Shown: positions 27,586-35,120 of the stretch, in pieces | How positions within the stretch are numbered: position 1 is the stretch's first letter | How the letters are laid out: each line of letters starts with the position of its first letter | DNA from: a virus | Lineage: Duplodnaviria; Caudoviricetes | Direction: 5' to 3' (one strand) | DNA length: 64,000 nucleotides | IMG/VR virus record: IMGVR_UViG_3300042291_000844 | Span: 128,001-192,000 of that record | Position numbers and translations under genes: made by a program | The notes under the pieces: generated by a model | Seen by the model: the letters and a program-made list of their open reading frames with translations, nothing else | Databases searched by the model: none | What the model was told of the DNA's origin: nothing

Positions 27586-27659
27586 TTGGTAATGCGGGAT
27601 TCGAACCTGCCACCTTCTCGGTATCAGCGAGATGCTCTAACCAAATGAGCTAATTACCA
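27586..27659 (-). tRNA. tRNA-Ile(GAT)
   Basis: Cloverleaf. Confidence 0.95.
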
Positions 27660-27721
27660 ATTTTCCTCACTTCTCCGGCTTATTGGACCGGATGCCATAT
27701 AGGGAGTGTGAGGAAACTCCG

Positions 27722-27797
27722 TAGGGTAAGCAGGATTCGAACCTGCGTGCTCTTCGTCCCAAACGAAGCGAGATAAACCGGACTCCTCTATTACCCT
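27722..27797 (-). tRNA. tRNA-Pro(TGG)
   Basis: Cloverleaf. Confidence 0.95.
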
Positions 27798-27803
27798 ATG
27801 TTG

Positions 27804-27877
27804 TGAACCCGAATGGACTCGAACCATTGACTCCCTCATTAAAAGTGAGGTGCTCTAACCAACTGAGCTACGGATTC
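27804..27877 (-). tRNA. tRNA-Lys(TTT)
   Basis: Cloverleaf. Confidence 0.95.
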
Positions 27878-27882
27878 AATTG

Positions 27883-27955
27883 TGGGACCTAATGGAATCG
27901 AACCATTTCCTTTGGATTTTCAGTCCAACGTACGCACCAGCTATACCAAAGCCCC
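27883..27955 (-). tRNA. tRNA-Phe(GAA)
   Basis: Cloverleaf. Confidence 0.95.
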
Positions 27956-27961
27956 TAATTG

Positions 27962-28043
27962 TGAGAGTAGAAGGACTCGAACCTCCGAACTCGAATGAGA
28001 ACTGATTTACAGTCAGTTGCAATTGCCGCTATGCGATACTCCC
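27962..28043 (-). tRNA. tRNA-Tyr(GTA)
   Basis: Class II cloverleaf. Confidence 0.95.
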
Positions 28044-28048
28044 AATTG

Positions 28049-28122
28049 TAGAAGATATAGGATTCGAACCTATGACCCTTTGGATGTAAACCAAATGCTC
28101 TAACCAACTGAGCTAATCTTCT
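28049..28122 (-). tRNA. tRNA-Val(TAC)
   Basis: Cloverleaf. Confidence 0.95.
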
Positions 28123-28127
28123 ATGTG

Positions 28128-28199
28128 TTACTCGAATAGGATTCGAACCTATACTACATCAGTCAAAGTGAGGTATGCTAACCATTACACCATCGAGCA
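28128..28199 (-). tRNA. tRNA-Gln(TTG)
   Basis: Cloverleaf, U1:A72. Confidence 0.9.
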
Positions 28200-28206
28200 A
28201 TTTATG

Positions 28207-28278
28207 AGCGGATGATAGGAATCGAACCTACGTCTCCTACTTGGAAGGAAGGAGTAATAACCATTATACGACATCCGC
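28207..28278 (-). tRNA. tRNA-Gly(TCC)
   Basis: Cloverleaf. Confidence 0.95.
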
Positions 28279-28280
28279 AT

Positions 28281-28290
28281 GTCAAAGAAC
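28281..28290 (-). promoter_or_regulatory. boxA-like antitermination element GTTCTTTGAC
   Basis: Located after the first tRNA of the array; related copies at 29567, 29881 and 31278. Confidence 0.55.
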
Positions 28291-28296
28291 CAATTG

Positions 28297-28368
28297 AGGG
28301 AAGGGAGAATTTCGAAATCTCGACCTGATGATTAACAGTCATCTGCTCTGCCTCTGAGCTACCATCCC
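28297..28368 (-). tRNA. tRNA-Asn(GTT)
   Basis: Cloverleaf; first tRNA after the terminator. Confidence 0.9.
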
Positions 28369-28374
28369 ATAAAC

Positions 28375-28409
28375 GAAAAAACCCTTAACTTTTTTATCAG
28401 TTAAGGGTT
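28375..28409 (-). terminator. Intrinsic terminator (candidate attenuator) directly before the tRNA array
   Basis: AACCCTTAACT-loop-AGTTAAGGGTT followed by a T tract. Confidence 0.85.
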
Positions 28410-28439
28410 CTTAAAATATTGTTATAAAATTTTTACATT

Positions 28440-28562
28440 CTATCCACGTTTTACATCCCTTAACTTACTTCTATCCTCAATCATATTGAAGACACGATTG
28501 CCACCCCAAGCACATTTCTGTGTCGGTAGATAACTAAGCGTATGTATTGTTAAAGTTGCCAT
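28440..28562 (-). CDS. 40-aa leader peptide containing all 20 amino acids; overlaps antiterminator at 28457-28466
   Basis: MATLTIHTLSYLPTQKCAWGGNRVFNMIEDRSKLRDVKRG; below ORF-track length cutoff. Confidence 0.75.
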   Translation of the reverse strand: MATLTIHTLSYLPTQKCAWGGNRVFNMIEDRSKLRDVKRG

Positions 28563-28721
28563 TGTGTATAAGTATATTAAAAACTAATTTATGTTTGTTT
28601 TTGTGTTAATAAAATAAAAAAAAGTAACTCATCTTCAATATGCACCATCCATGTCATGCACTGGTTGACAAAAGCCTCGATAAATTACTTAATATTTTTT
28701 AAAAAAAAATCTGGATGAGAA

Positions 28722-29570
28722 TACTCCATCTTGTGAACCAGCTTTATAAGGGTTATTGGTTACCTTAATTTCCACTACCTTTTGAGTAGTACCGATTCAA
28801 TGTGGGTAAGTAATGCCTACCAATCATAAAGTTACAACCTACTCTCTTTTTACTCCGCCACTTCGAATCTGCCGACCCGATTCACACCTCGCGATGCTAG
28901 AAGTTTTTCGAAAGAATCACATTTACCTTGAGAGTATTTGTGGCAGTGAACGACTCACTACTATGTACACACCTTTCACTTGCAACTGGTAACCACTTTT
29001 TCTTTTATTTTTATTTGATTTTCACCATTGAAAGTAAAAGTTTTGGTTTGTAGAAGAATTCAAGTAGTGGATTACCACTAGCTCCGTTCCATTTTGAAGA
29101 ACGGAATACTATACTACTCGATACGATATCCCTATCGTCATATTTTAAGTCCACTTCATATCTAAACCTTTGGTAAGGTAAAGATAAGGATAATAACAAC
29201 ACCACTTGTACATCATCTTACCTTTCGATTTTAAGTAAACTTTCATATTGAATCACGCAATGATATGGAGAGATTAAGTCCGTACTTCTTGCAATAACTC
29301 TATGGATTATTCTTATTGGTGTCCCCACCTCAACTGAACTTCTACCTAGCCCAGTCATTAAACCATTTCACTACGGAGTTACCCTCACTAATCAGGTCTA
29401 ATGATATTCCACTTGCATACTCAAGCTCCATTCCTTTCGGTCTGAAACCGCAAATTAATTAACCAACTAATTCACTTTATCCTACTTTCGTAGTTTATTT
29501 AACCACCATATGCGGCGGGTATGTACTATGTACCACAAGGATACTATGTACAATATGTTTCGATAATTTA
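28722..29570 (-). ncRNA. Large ornate ncRNA, GOLLD-like (~850 nt)
   Basis: No credible ORF, many hairpins, raised GC, own promoter and boxA, adjacent to tRNAs; family assigned by size and context only. Confidence 0.55.
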
Positions 29571-29591
29571 AAGAACTTTTTTTTGTTAAGT

Positions 29592-29623
29592 CAAAGATAC
29601 GAAATCTTTTTCACTTTTCCAAA
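29592..29623 (-). promoter_or_regulatory. Bacteroidota-type promoter for the large ncRNA
   Basis: TTTG-N20-TATCTTTG. Confidence 0.8.
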
Positions 29624-29697
29624 TTTATTTTAAACTTTTTTTTGTTATGTCTAATACCGAGTATCTTTCATCGCCTTTAAGTTTAGAACTAACTTTG

Positions 29698-29729
29698 TAA
29701 AGATACGAAAACATTTTCACATTTCCAAA
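29698..29729 (-). promoter_or_regulatory. Bacteroidota-type promoter
   Basis: TTTG-N20-TATCTTTA. Confidence 0.75.
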
Positions 29730-29801
29730 TCTTTTTTTAATTATTTTTTGTGATATTATATATAAGTATATAAAAATATACCAAACGTAAAATAATCATT
29801 G

Positions 29802-29873
29802 TAGCGGGTGAAGGATTCGAACCTCCGACCTATAGGTTATGAGCCTACCGAGCTACCACTGCTCTAACCCGCA
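29802..29873 (-). tRNA. tRNA-fMet(CAT), initiator-like
   Basis: 1:72 mismatch, TAGAGCAGTGGTAGCTCG D arm, loop CTCATAA. Confidence 0.9.
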
Positions 29874-29894
29874 ATATAATTTTAAAGAACATAA

Positions 29895-30000
29895 AACAAA
29901 GTAAGATAATGATATCCGGCGTTATAGTTTACCACTTATGGTTGGACTTCACACATTCGGTTTTATTAGATGTTGGCTTCAACCACTATCTTATTTTGTT
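29895..30000 (-). ncRNA. ~106 nt rod-like RNA, 6S-like candidate
   Basis: 16 of 17 pairs in the closing stem; begins immediately after a promoter. Confidence 0.45.
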
Positions 30001-30004
30001 AAGT

Positions 30005-30036
30005 CAAAGATACGAAAACATTTTCATATTTCCAAA
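30005..30036 (-). promoter_or_regulatory. Bacteroidota-type promoter
   Basis: TTTG-N20-TATCTTTG. Confidence 0.8.
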
Positions 30037-30049
30037 TCTTTTTTAATAT

Positions 30050-30496
30050 TTATTTTACTTTGTAAGATAATCCCAATCCTAATGTAAAATCATCACCAAT
30101 TAAATTACCAATTCCCCATAAATTTATAACACTACTTGGTCTTAGTGGATTGTACATTATAAGAAAATTTGGTTTATTACCATTAAGTGTAGGTTGTAAT
30201 CCAAACCCAATAATCGCCTTATCCTCTTTTACTTGTCTAAGAACACCAAACTTCATATTATCAGATACATTTCCTGTTTTGGTATTAACTCCCGGAGGAA
30301 TTACAATTCCACCATTTTGTCCACCATATTCACCATACGGAAGTCCCGCATAAAATCCCCATCCTTTTTTCATAAATCCACCTGTAATATATCCATCAGA
30401 TGGTCCACCCTTGCGGGTAGCGGTTATAAACCACTCTTGCCCTTTTGCAGTAATACTTATTCCGAGTATTAAAGCCATCACTAATAATTTTTTCAT
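30050..30496 (-). CDS. Secreted, outer-membrane beta-barrel-like protein
   Basis: Signal peptide (AKG-QE); alternating beta strands; ends LGLSYKVK. Confidence 0.6.
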   Translation of the reverse strand: MKKLLVMALILGISITAKGQEWFITATRKGGPSDGYITGGFMKKGWGFYAGLPYGEYGGQNGGIVIPPGVNTKTGNVSDNMKFGVLRQVKEDKAIIGFGLQPTLNGNKPNFLIMYNPLRPSSVINLWGIGNLIGDDFTLGLGLSYKVK

Positions 30497-30807
30497 AGTG
30501 CCTTTACGCTCTTTGTTTTTTCAAGAGAATCCTCTCTTGCCCATTTTTGTTTTAAAATATCTATTTTTTTAATTGTTAGGATTTTACCTTTAAGTGAGGC
30601 AATCTCCTTCGAAACCTTTTCGGTCCGAACCGTGCGTGCAGCGAAATCATCTTCGGTGATTTCAATCAATTCTTTTTTTCGATTAAGAACTGATATTTCC
30701 TTTTGGATTTTTTCTACCGCTTTACCATCATTAATCAATGAAGGGTCGATAGAATTACCAATACTATTAAAAAATAATAATATGGGTAAGGTAAGTTTTT
30801 CTAACAT
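30493..30807 (-). CDS. Coiled-coil hypothetical protein
   Basis: ORF track. Confidence 0.6.
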   Translation of the reverse strand: MLEKLTLPILLFFNSIGNSIDPSLINDGKAVEKIQKEISVLNRKKELIEITEDDFAARTVRTEKVSKEIASLKGKILTIKKIDILKQKWAREDSLEKTKSVKAL

Positions 30808-30890
30808 TTGTAATCAATAGTTAAAAGTGTAACACATATAAATACATTATTATATATTTTTAATTAAATATATAACAATAATTTATTAAG

Positions 30891-31266
30891 TGGTGGAGGT
30901 GGAGGGAGTCGAACCCTCGTCCAAATACGGATTTAATAAACTTCATTCACAAGCTTAGTTAGTTTTTCTTAACTAACAAAATATTCGGTTGGTTCTTCAC
31001 CATCGGCAACCGATAAACAATAGGTGATTCGATTTTGGGTTCAATCACTTTTCTACCTTTGTACACATTCTTTTTAAAGTCCCACGATGTGTGCGGGAGG
31101 GATTAGGCTGCTATAGCGTAATCAGCACCAACGAAAGACATTACATCTTCGAAGGTCATTGTAGATAATTCTACGTCGTTTATTGTTCGATAGGTATTTA
31201 CGGATTTCCATCTAACCCGGCTTGCAACTTACCAACTCATCGTACCTGTCAAAACCAGGCACCCCC
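30891..31266 (-). ncRNA. ssrA: tmRNA
   Basis: 5' GGGGGTGCCTGGTTTTGACAGG, G3:U70, 3' GGTTCGACTCCC...ACCA; internal tag ORF 31103-31177 ending YAIAA. Confidence 0.95.
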
Positions 31267-31268
31267 AT

Positions 31269-31955
31269 TTATTTTTTATTCAAAGAACGTTTAATTAAAT
31301 TCTGAACCTTTTCATTTCTCAAATCAATATACAACATTATAGTTGCCCGATATTCATTTGAGTAATTATACACATTATGATAATGATATGAATTAAAATA
31401 ATATGCTTTACCTACTTCTAATCTTTTTCTAAATATATTCTTAAACCAATCGGGTCTATGAAATCTCTTCCACCATTTAAACTCTGCGGAATCTACTACA
31501 CAATATTCAAACTTTTCTGGTACTATAATTGGAATTTGAATTGTCAGTTCCCACTCCTCTTGCCCGTGTTCTAATACATGCGAGTGCCAAACTAAAGATT
31601 GTTTAGGTGCGATTCGCATCACCCTAGCTCTACTATCTAATTGGTTACCACTAATGTTTGCACATATCTCATACATATAAGGTACTATCGATTTCAATTC
31701 AGTTTTCTGAAAGTCGTATTGTTCCGTACCATCTTCGTACATATCTTTATACAAACTTCCATCGGAACTAATCAATGATATCCCACTCCATGCTTTACGA
31801 TACTTTCTTCGTACTTGCCAAAAGTTAGTTCTATAATCTTTGAATTTGTATTTGTTTTTTAACAACCCATATTCATCAATTAATTTATCTAAATCAATAT
31901 CAATGTCCAATTCTAAAAATGGAATACTTTTTAGTTGTTGTATAAGTTCATTCAT
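31269..31955 (-). CDS. Asp/Asn beta-hydroxylase-like cupin oxygenase
   Basis: RARVMRI.P...WHSH...IQIPI; HNVYN...R; start moved to MNELIQ because the ORF-track extension lies in a tRNA. Confidence 0.75.
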   Translation of the reverse strand: MNELIQQLKSIPFLELDIDIDLDKLIDEYGLLKNKYKFKDYRTNFWQVRRKYRKAWSGISLISSDGSLYKDMYEDGTEQYDFQKTELKSIVPYMYEICANISGNQLDSRARVMRIAPKQSLVWHSHVLEHGQEEWELTIQIPIIVPEKFEYCVVDSAEFKWWKRFHRPDWFKNIFRKRLEVGKAYYFNSYHYHNVYNYSNEYRATIMLYIDLRNEKVQNLIKRSLNKK

Positions 31956-31967
31956 ATTAATTAATTG

Positions 31968-32116
31968 CTGTAAGAGATGGATTCGAACCACCACGATGCG
32001 ATTCAGTAAGTAACACTTTCTCCGGCCGGATGGTGGTCTACCCCATATTACTTACCTATCTCGTTCTCACCACCCCCGAGACAGGAGGGCTTGTCTGCCA
32101 ATTTCAACACCTTACA
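31968..32116 (-). tRNA. Atypical tRNA: GTC anticodon, Leu-type D arm, ~80 nt variable arm
   Basis: Acceptor TGTAAGG/TCTTACA, G73, CCCTC-CTGTCTC-GGGGG, canonical T arm. Confidence 0.7.
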
Positions 32117-32211
32117 ATTTTGAACTAACTCACTGGAAACCTTATAATTGAATTTAATCAACTTATGGGTTAAGTACTCCGTTTATGTTAGTTCCTCGTA
32201 CTCCAAGTTTG

Positions 32212-32296
32212 CAGAGAGTTAGGGATTCGAACCCCAGATACCTTTCAGTATGCCAGTTTTCAAGACTGGTGCCATCAACCACTCGGCCAACTCTCT
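32212..32296 (-). tRNA. tRNA-Ser(TGA)
   Basis: Class II cloverleaf, G73. Confidence 0.95.
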
Positions 32297-32304
32297 GTTT
32301 AATA

Positions 32305-32574
32305 TTATTGAATATGAGTTTCTTCGTTTCGAAGTGCTCTCACATCTAATGTAATATTTGATTGTCTTCTTCTTGCTTCTTCAGCTTCTTTGTACCAACG
32401 AATCCAAGTTAAGGATACATCGATTGGTGCAAGAACCCACGCCATTACCACTACCATAATAGTATCCAATTCAGGAGAACCACCAGTAGGGTCATTGCTG
32501 TATCTTTTATCTAAATTTTTAAATAATTGATAGAAACAATAAAGAACACAAATAATGTAATACGTTAAAAACAT
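32305..32574 (-). CDS. Small membrane protein
   Basis: Two TM segments; similar layout to 33505-33702. Confidence 0.6.
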   Translation of the reverse strand: MFLTYYIICVLYCFYQLFKNLDKRYSNDPTGGSPELDTIMVVVMAWVLAPIDVSLTWIRWYKEAEEARRRQSNITLDVRALRNEETHIQ

Positions 32575-32588
32575 ATATTAAATTTTAA

Positions 32589-32789
32589 TTAAACGCCTGA
32601 AGTTTTTACATCAACTAAAAAATGTTTTAATCTTTCTAATTTTTCAATTGTTGTAGTAGTCCCTGCGATTGGATTTAGTTCCAAAATAATATCATCTAAT
32701 GATGCTGCCGTTACTAAAAGGGCATCGTCTTTAGAATTTAAAAAGTTGTCTGAAATCCTGTACTTTTTGCAAATTTCCTGTAAGTTCAT
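32589..32789 (-). CDS. Hypothetical protein
   Basis: ORF track. Confidence 0.55.
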   Translation of the reverse strand: MNLQEICKKYRISDNFLNSKDDALLVTAASLDDIILELNPIAGTTTTIEKLERLKHFLVDVKTSGV

Positions 32790-32835
32790 AATGTTTGGGT
32801 TTTATATTATATATGTATATATATATTAAGTTATT

Positions 32836-33501
32836 TTATTTTGAGTATTCTTCTAATTCTTCTTCGTACCAACCATTATACATTTCTCTAATTTCTAATG
32901 GAACTCCTTTTCCAAAGTCATTACTTTCCCAACCATATTGTAAGTACGCTTGAATCTCATCTTTAATAACTGATTCGGTATATCCCATTTCTAATAAATT
33001 CTTTTCAAATATATTATAATTTTCTTTATGTATTAATGCAGTAACGGCATCTGCAGTTGCTTTATAATTAGGATTGGTATAATATAATCCATGACAAACT
33101 TCGTGTTTAAATGTATCCCCTTCGGTATTACCTGCCCCAATAATATATCCATCGGCATCTTCACCATTTAAATCGTATAACTTATGAATGATAGATTCCA
33201 TCACATCATCGTAATCAGTATACCTATCAGTTAGAGTATCATAACAAGTATATGCAATTTCTAATGGTACATTAAATCCACTCCAATCACTTCCATATGT
33301 AAACCCTTTACCATATTCGTTGGTATACCATTTCATATATTCAGAAAAACTAAAATCCTTATTACCTCTAAATGCTGGGTTTGGTGATTCGTAGAATTCT
33401 TGTATTCTTAAAAAGGTCATTGCCCTATCATATGAATCTTCAATGATAACTGCAAAGATTTTTGGTTTAACCTTTTCTATTTTATAGTTTATATCTATCA
33501 T
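32836..33501 (-). CDS. Hypothetical with HExxH motif
   Basis: FLRIQEFYESP; KHEVCH; DEIQAY. Confidence 0.65.
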   Translation of the reverse strand: MIDINYKIEKVKPKIFAVIIEDSYDRAMTFLRIQEFYESPNPAFRGNKDFSFSEYMKWYTNEYGKGFTYGSDWSGFNVPLEIAYTCYDTLTDRYTDYDDVMESIIHKLYDLNGEDADGYIIGAGNTEGDTFKHEVCHGLYYTNPNYKATADAVTALIHKENYNIFEKNLLEMGYTESVIKDEIQAYLQYGWESNDFGKGVPLEIREMYNGWYEEELEEYSK

Positions 33502-33504
33502 TTA

Positions 33505-33702
33505 TTATCTTTTAAATTTTATTTGATGTAGCAATCCCATTGGAACGATTGCCCATGCTAATAACATTGATGGGAAAATCTTAGCAATAACTTCCATTAA
33601 AGTAAAATCTTCTTTATCTTCAAATCTTGATGGATGGGCTATTAACCAATACACTCCATATATTGTTGTTAGCATCCAATACGCAATTAATATGTTTATC
33701 AT
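33505..33702 (-). CDS. Small membrane protein
   Basis: Two TM segments; downstream of promoter. Confidence 0.6.
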   Translation of the reverse strand: MINILIAYWMLTTIYGVYWLIAHPSRFEDKEDFTLMEVIAKIFPSMLLAWAIVPMGLLHQIKFKR

Positions 33703-33720
33703 AGTTTAAATTTTGTAAAG

Positions 33721-33752
33721 CTAAATTACGATAAATTAGTGAGATTTCCAAA
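33721..33752 (-). promoter_or_regulatory. Bacteroidota-type promoter (TTAG variant)
   Basis: TTTG-N20-TAATTTAG. Confidence 0.7.
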
Positions 33753-33930
33753 TTTATTTTATTGTATTTCTGGAGGATTGATTATCAACATATTATGAAT
33801 ATTCAAAATGTTAATAACTTTTTTAAAAAAACCTTGTTAAATTTTCTGAAAAGCTTATAATTATAAAAGAGCTTTAAAACTAGAAGCTGATATAGTTAAG
33901 AAAAGAGTATAAGTAAGAGTTTATAGCTAA

Positions 33931-34179
33931 TTAGCTTTTCCACTTACCTCCATCTTTAATCCATTCATTTCTTAATTTTTTTAAGAGTTCTTGTTCATCA
34001 CTCGCTTCTCGATACCATCCCTTTTCATGTAGATGTGCTAAAAAAGTTCTAGCGGCCATTATAGTATCAACATCCATTATAGGGGTTGTTGACTCCATCA
34101 TTTCATCTCGCAACCATTCATCAATTAAATTAATTAATTTTAATTGGTCTTTATCTAAATAGATTACACTACCTTTCAT
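33931..34179 (-). CDS. Hypothetical protein
   Basis: ORF track. Confidence 0.55.
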   Translation of the reverse strand: MKGSVIYLDKDQLKLINLIDEWLRDEMMESTTPIMDVDTIMAARTFLAHLHEKGWYREASDEQELLKKLRNEWIKDGGKWKS

Positions 34180-34200
34180 ATCGATTTTGAGCGGGCAAGG

Positions 34201-34470
34201 TTAATGAGAAAATGGGTTTCCATATATTGAGGTGTAAATACCTACAATACCCACAATTAACCAAAAGAAATTCAATAGGATATATGGTTTATTATTACGT
34301 TGCCATGCAGCGTAAGTTAAGATAACGGCATCAACTGAATTCCATATCCACATCCAAAGAAATGGAGTATCTGGTCCCATTATTGAAAGAGTTCCAAACG
34401 CTATAATTCTCATTATAACACCAATACCCTCTAATAACTCAATCCTCTTTTCATTCTTTATTGATTTCAT
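34201..34470 (-). CDS. Three-TM small membrane protein (PQ-loop/SemiSWEET-like)
   Basis: Three hydrophobic helices, YILLNFFW. Confidence 0.55.
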   Translation of the reverse strand: MKSIKNEKRIELLEGIGVIMRIIAFGTLSIMGPDTPFLWMWIWNSVDAVILTYAAWQRNNKPYILLNFFWLIVGIVGIYTSIYGNPFSH

Positions 34471-35102
34471 ATTAACTCTAGTTTTTCATTAATTAATAAA
34501 TTATAAAATTTATTTGCTTTATCCATATCTTTTACTAATTCATCCCACAACTCAGGTATACTTTCTTTAATCCAATTTGATAATTTTTGTTTACTTGTAA
34601 ATGCATATTTAAACCGTCCTTTAAGTGCAGGAATTCCATAATCAAATTTATCATGTGGAATATCAACATTACACTTTTCTTTTAAGAATGATGTTAAATC
34701 AGATAAGTGAATAACTTTAATTGTATTGGTATTATCTTTCCAAAAGTTATATAAGATTTCATAATAATTAATATCCCAATGAGTAGTACCACGAGTATTT
34801 GTATCAGTAGTAATAAAGTTTTTAATTAATGGAATTGCGGTTTCAATTGATAATGATTCCTTATTAAGATAATACCACATAAAAATTTCAGTATGTAATG
34901 CCGATTGTAAATGTTCAAATGGTTCTCGTATTACAATAGTAGATATGTTTTTCATATCATATACTCCATTATTTTCCCATATTGAATAATCCTCTGAACT
35001 ATAATTAGCATCTTTAATATCATTTGGATATACTATTTCCAAATAAGTACTACCACATTTAAGTGGAGTTAATATTTGATTATTAAATATTTTAAAAGTC
35101 AT
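34467..35102 (-). CDS. Sulfotransferase-like protein
   Basis: TPLKCGSTYL, VIREPFEHL.SA; ends LELI. Confidence 0.6.
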   Translation of the reverse strand: MTFKIFNNQILTPLKCGSTYLEIVYPNDIKDANYSSEDYSIWENNGVYDMKNISTIVIREPFEHLQSALHTEIFMWYYLNKESLSIETAIPLIKNFITTDTNTRGTTHWDINYYEILYNFWKDNTNTIKVIHLSDLTSFLKEKCNVDIPHDKFDYGIPALKGRFKYAFTSKQKLSNWIKESIPELWDELVKDMDKANKFYNLLINEKLELI

Positions 35103-35120
35103 TTATATAATTGTTTTATC

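Noticed and set aside
28620-28700. Second leader peptide upstream of the attenuator
   Set aside because: The diverse-codon frame lacks a start; the ATG-started frame is low complexity; no paired terminator.
29011-29205. 64-aa ORF inside the large RNA
   Set aside because: No start context or motif; lies across strong hairpins.
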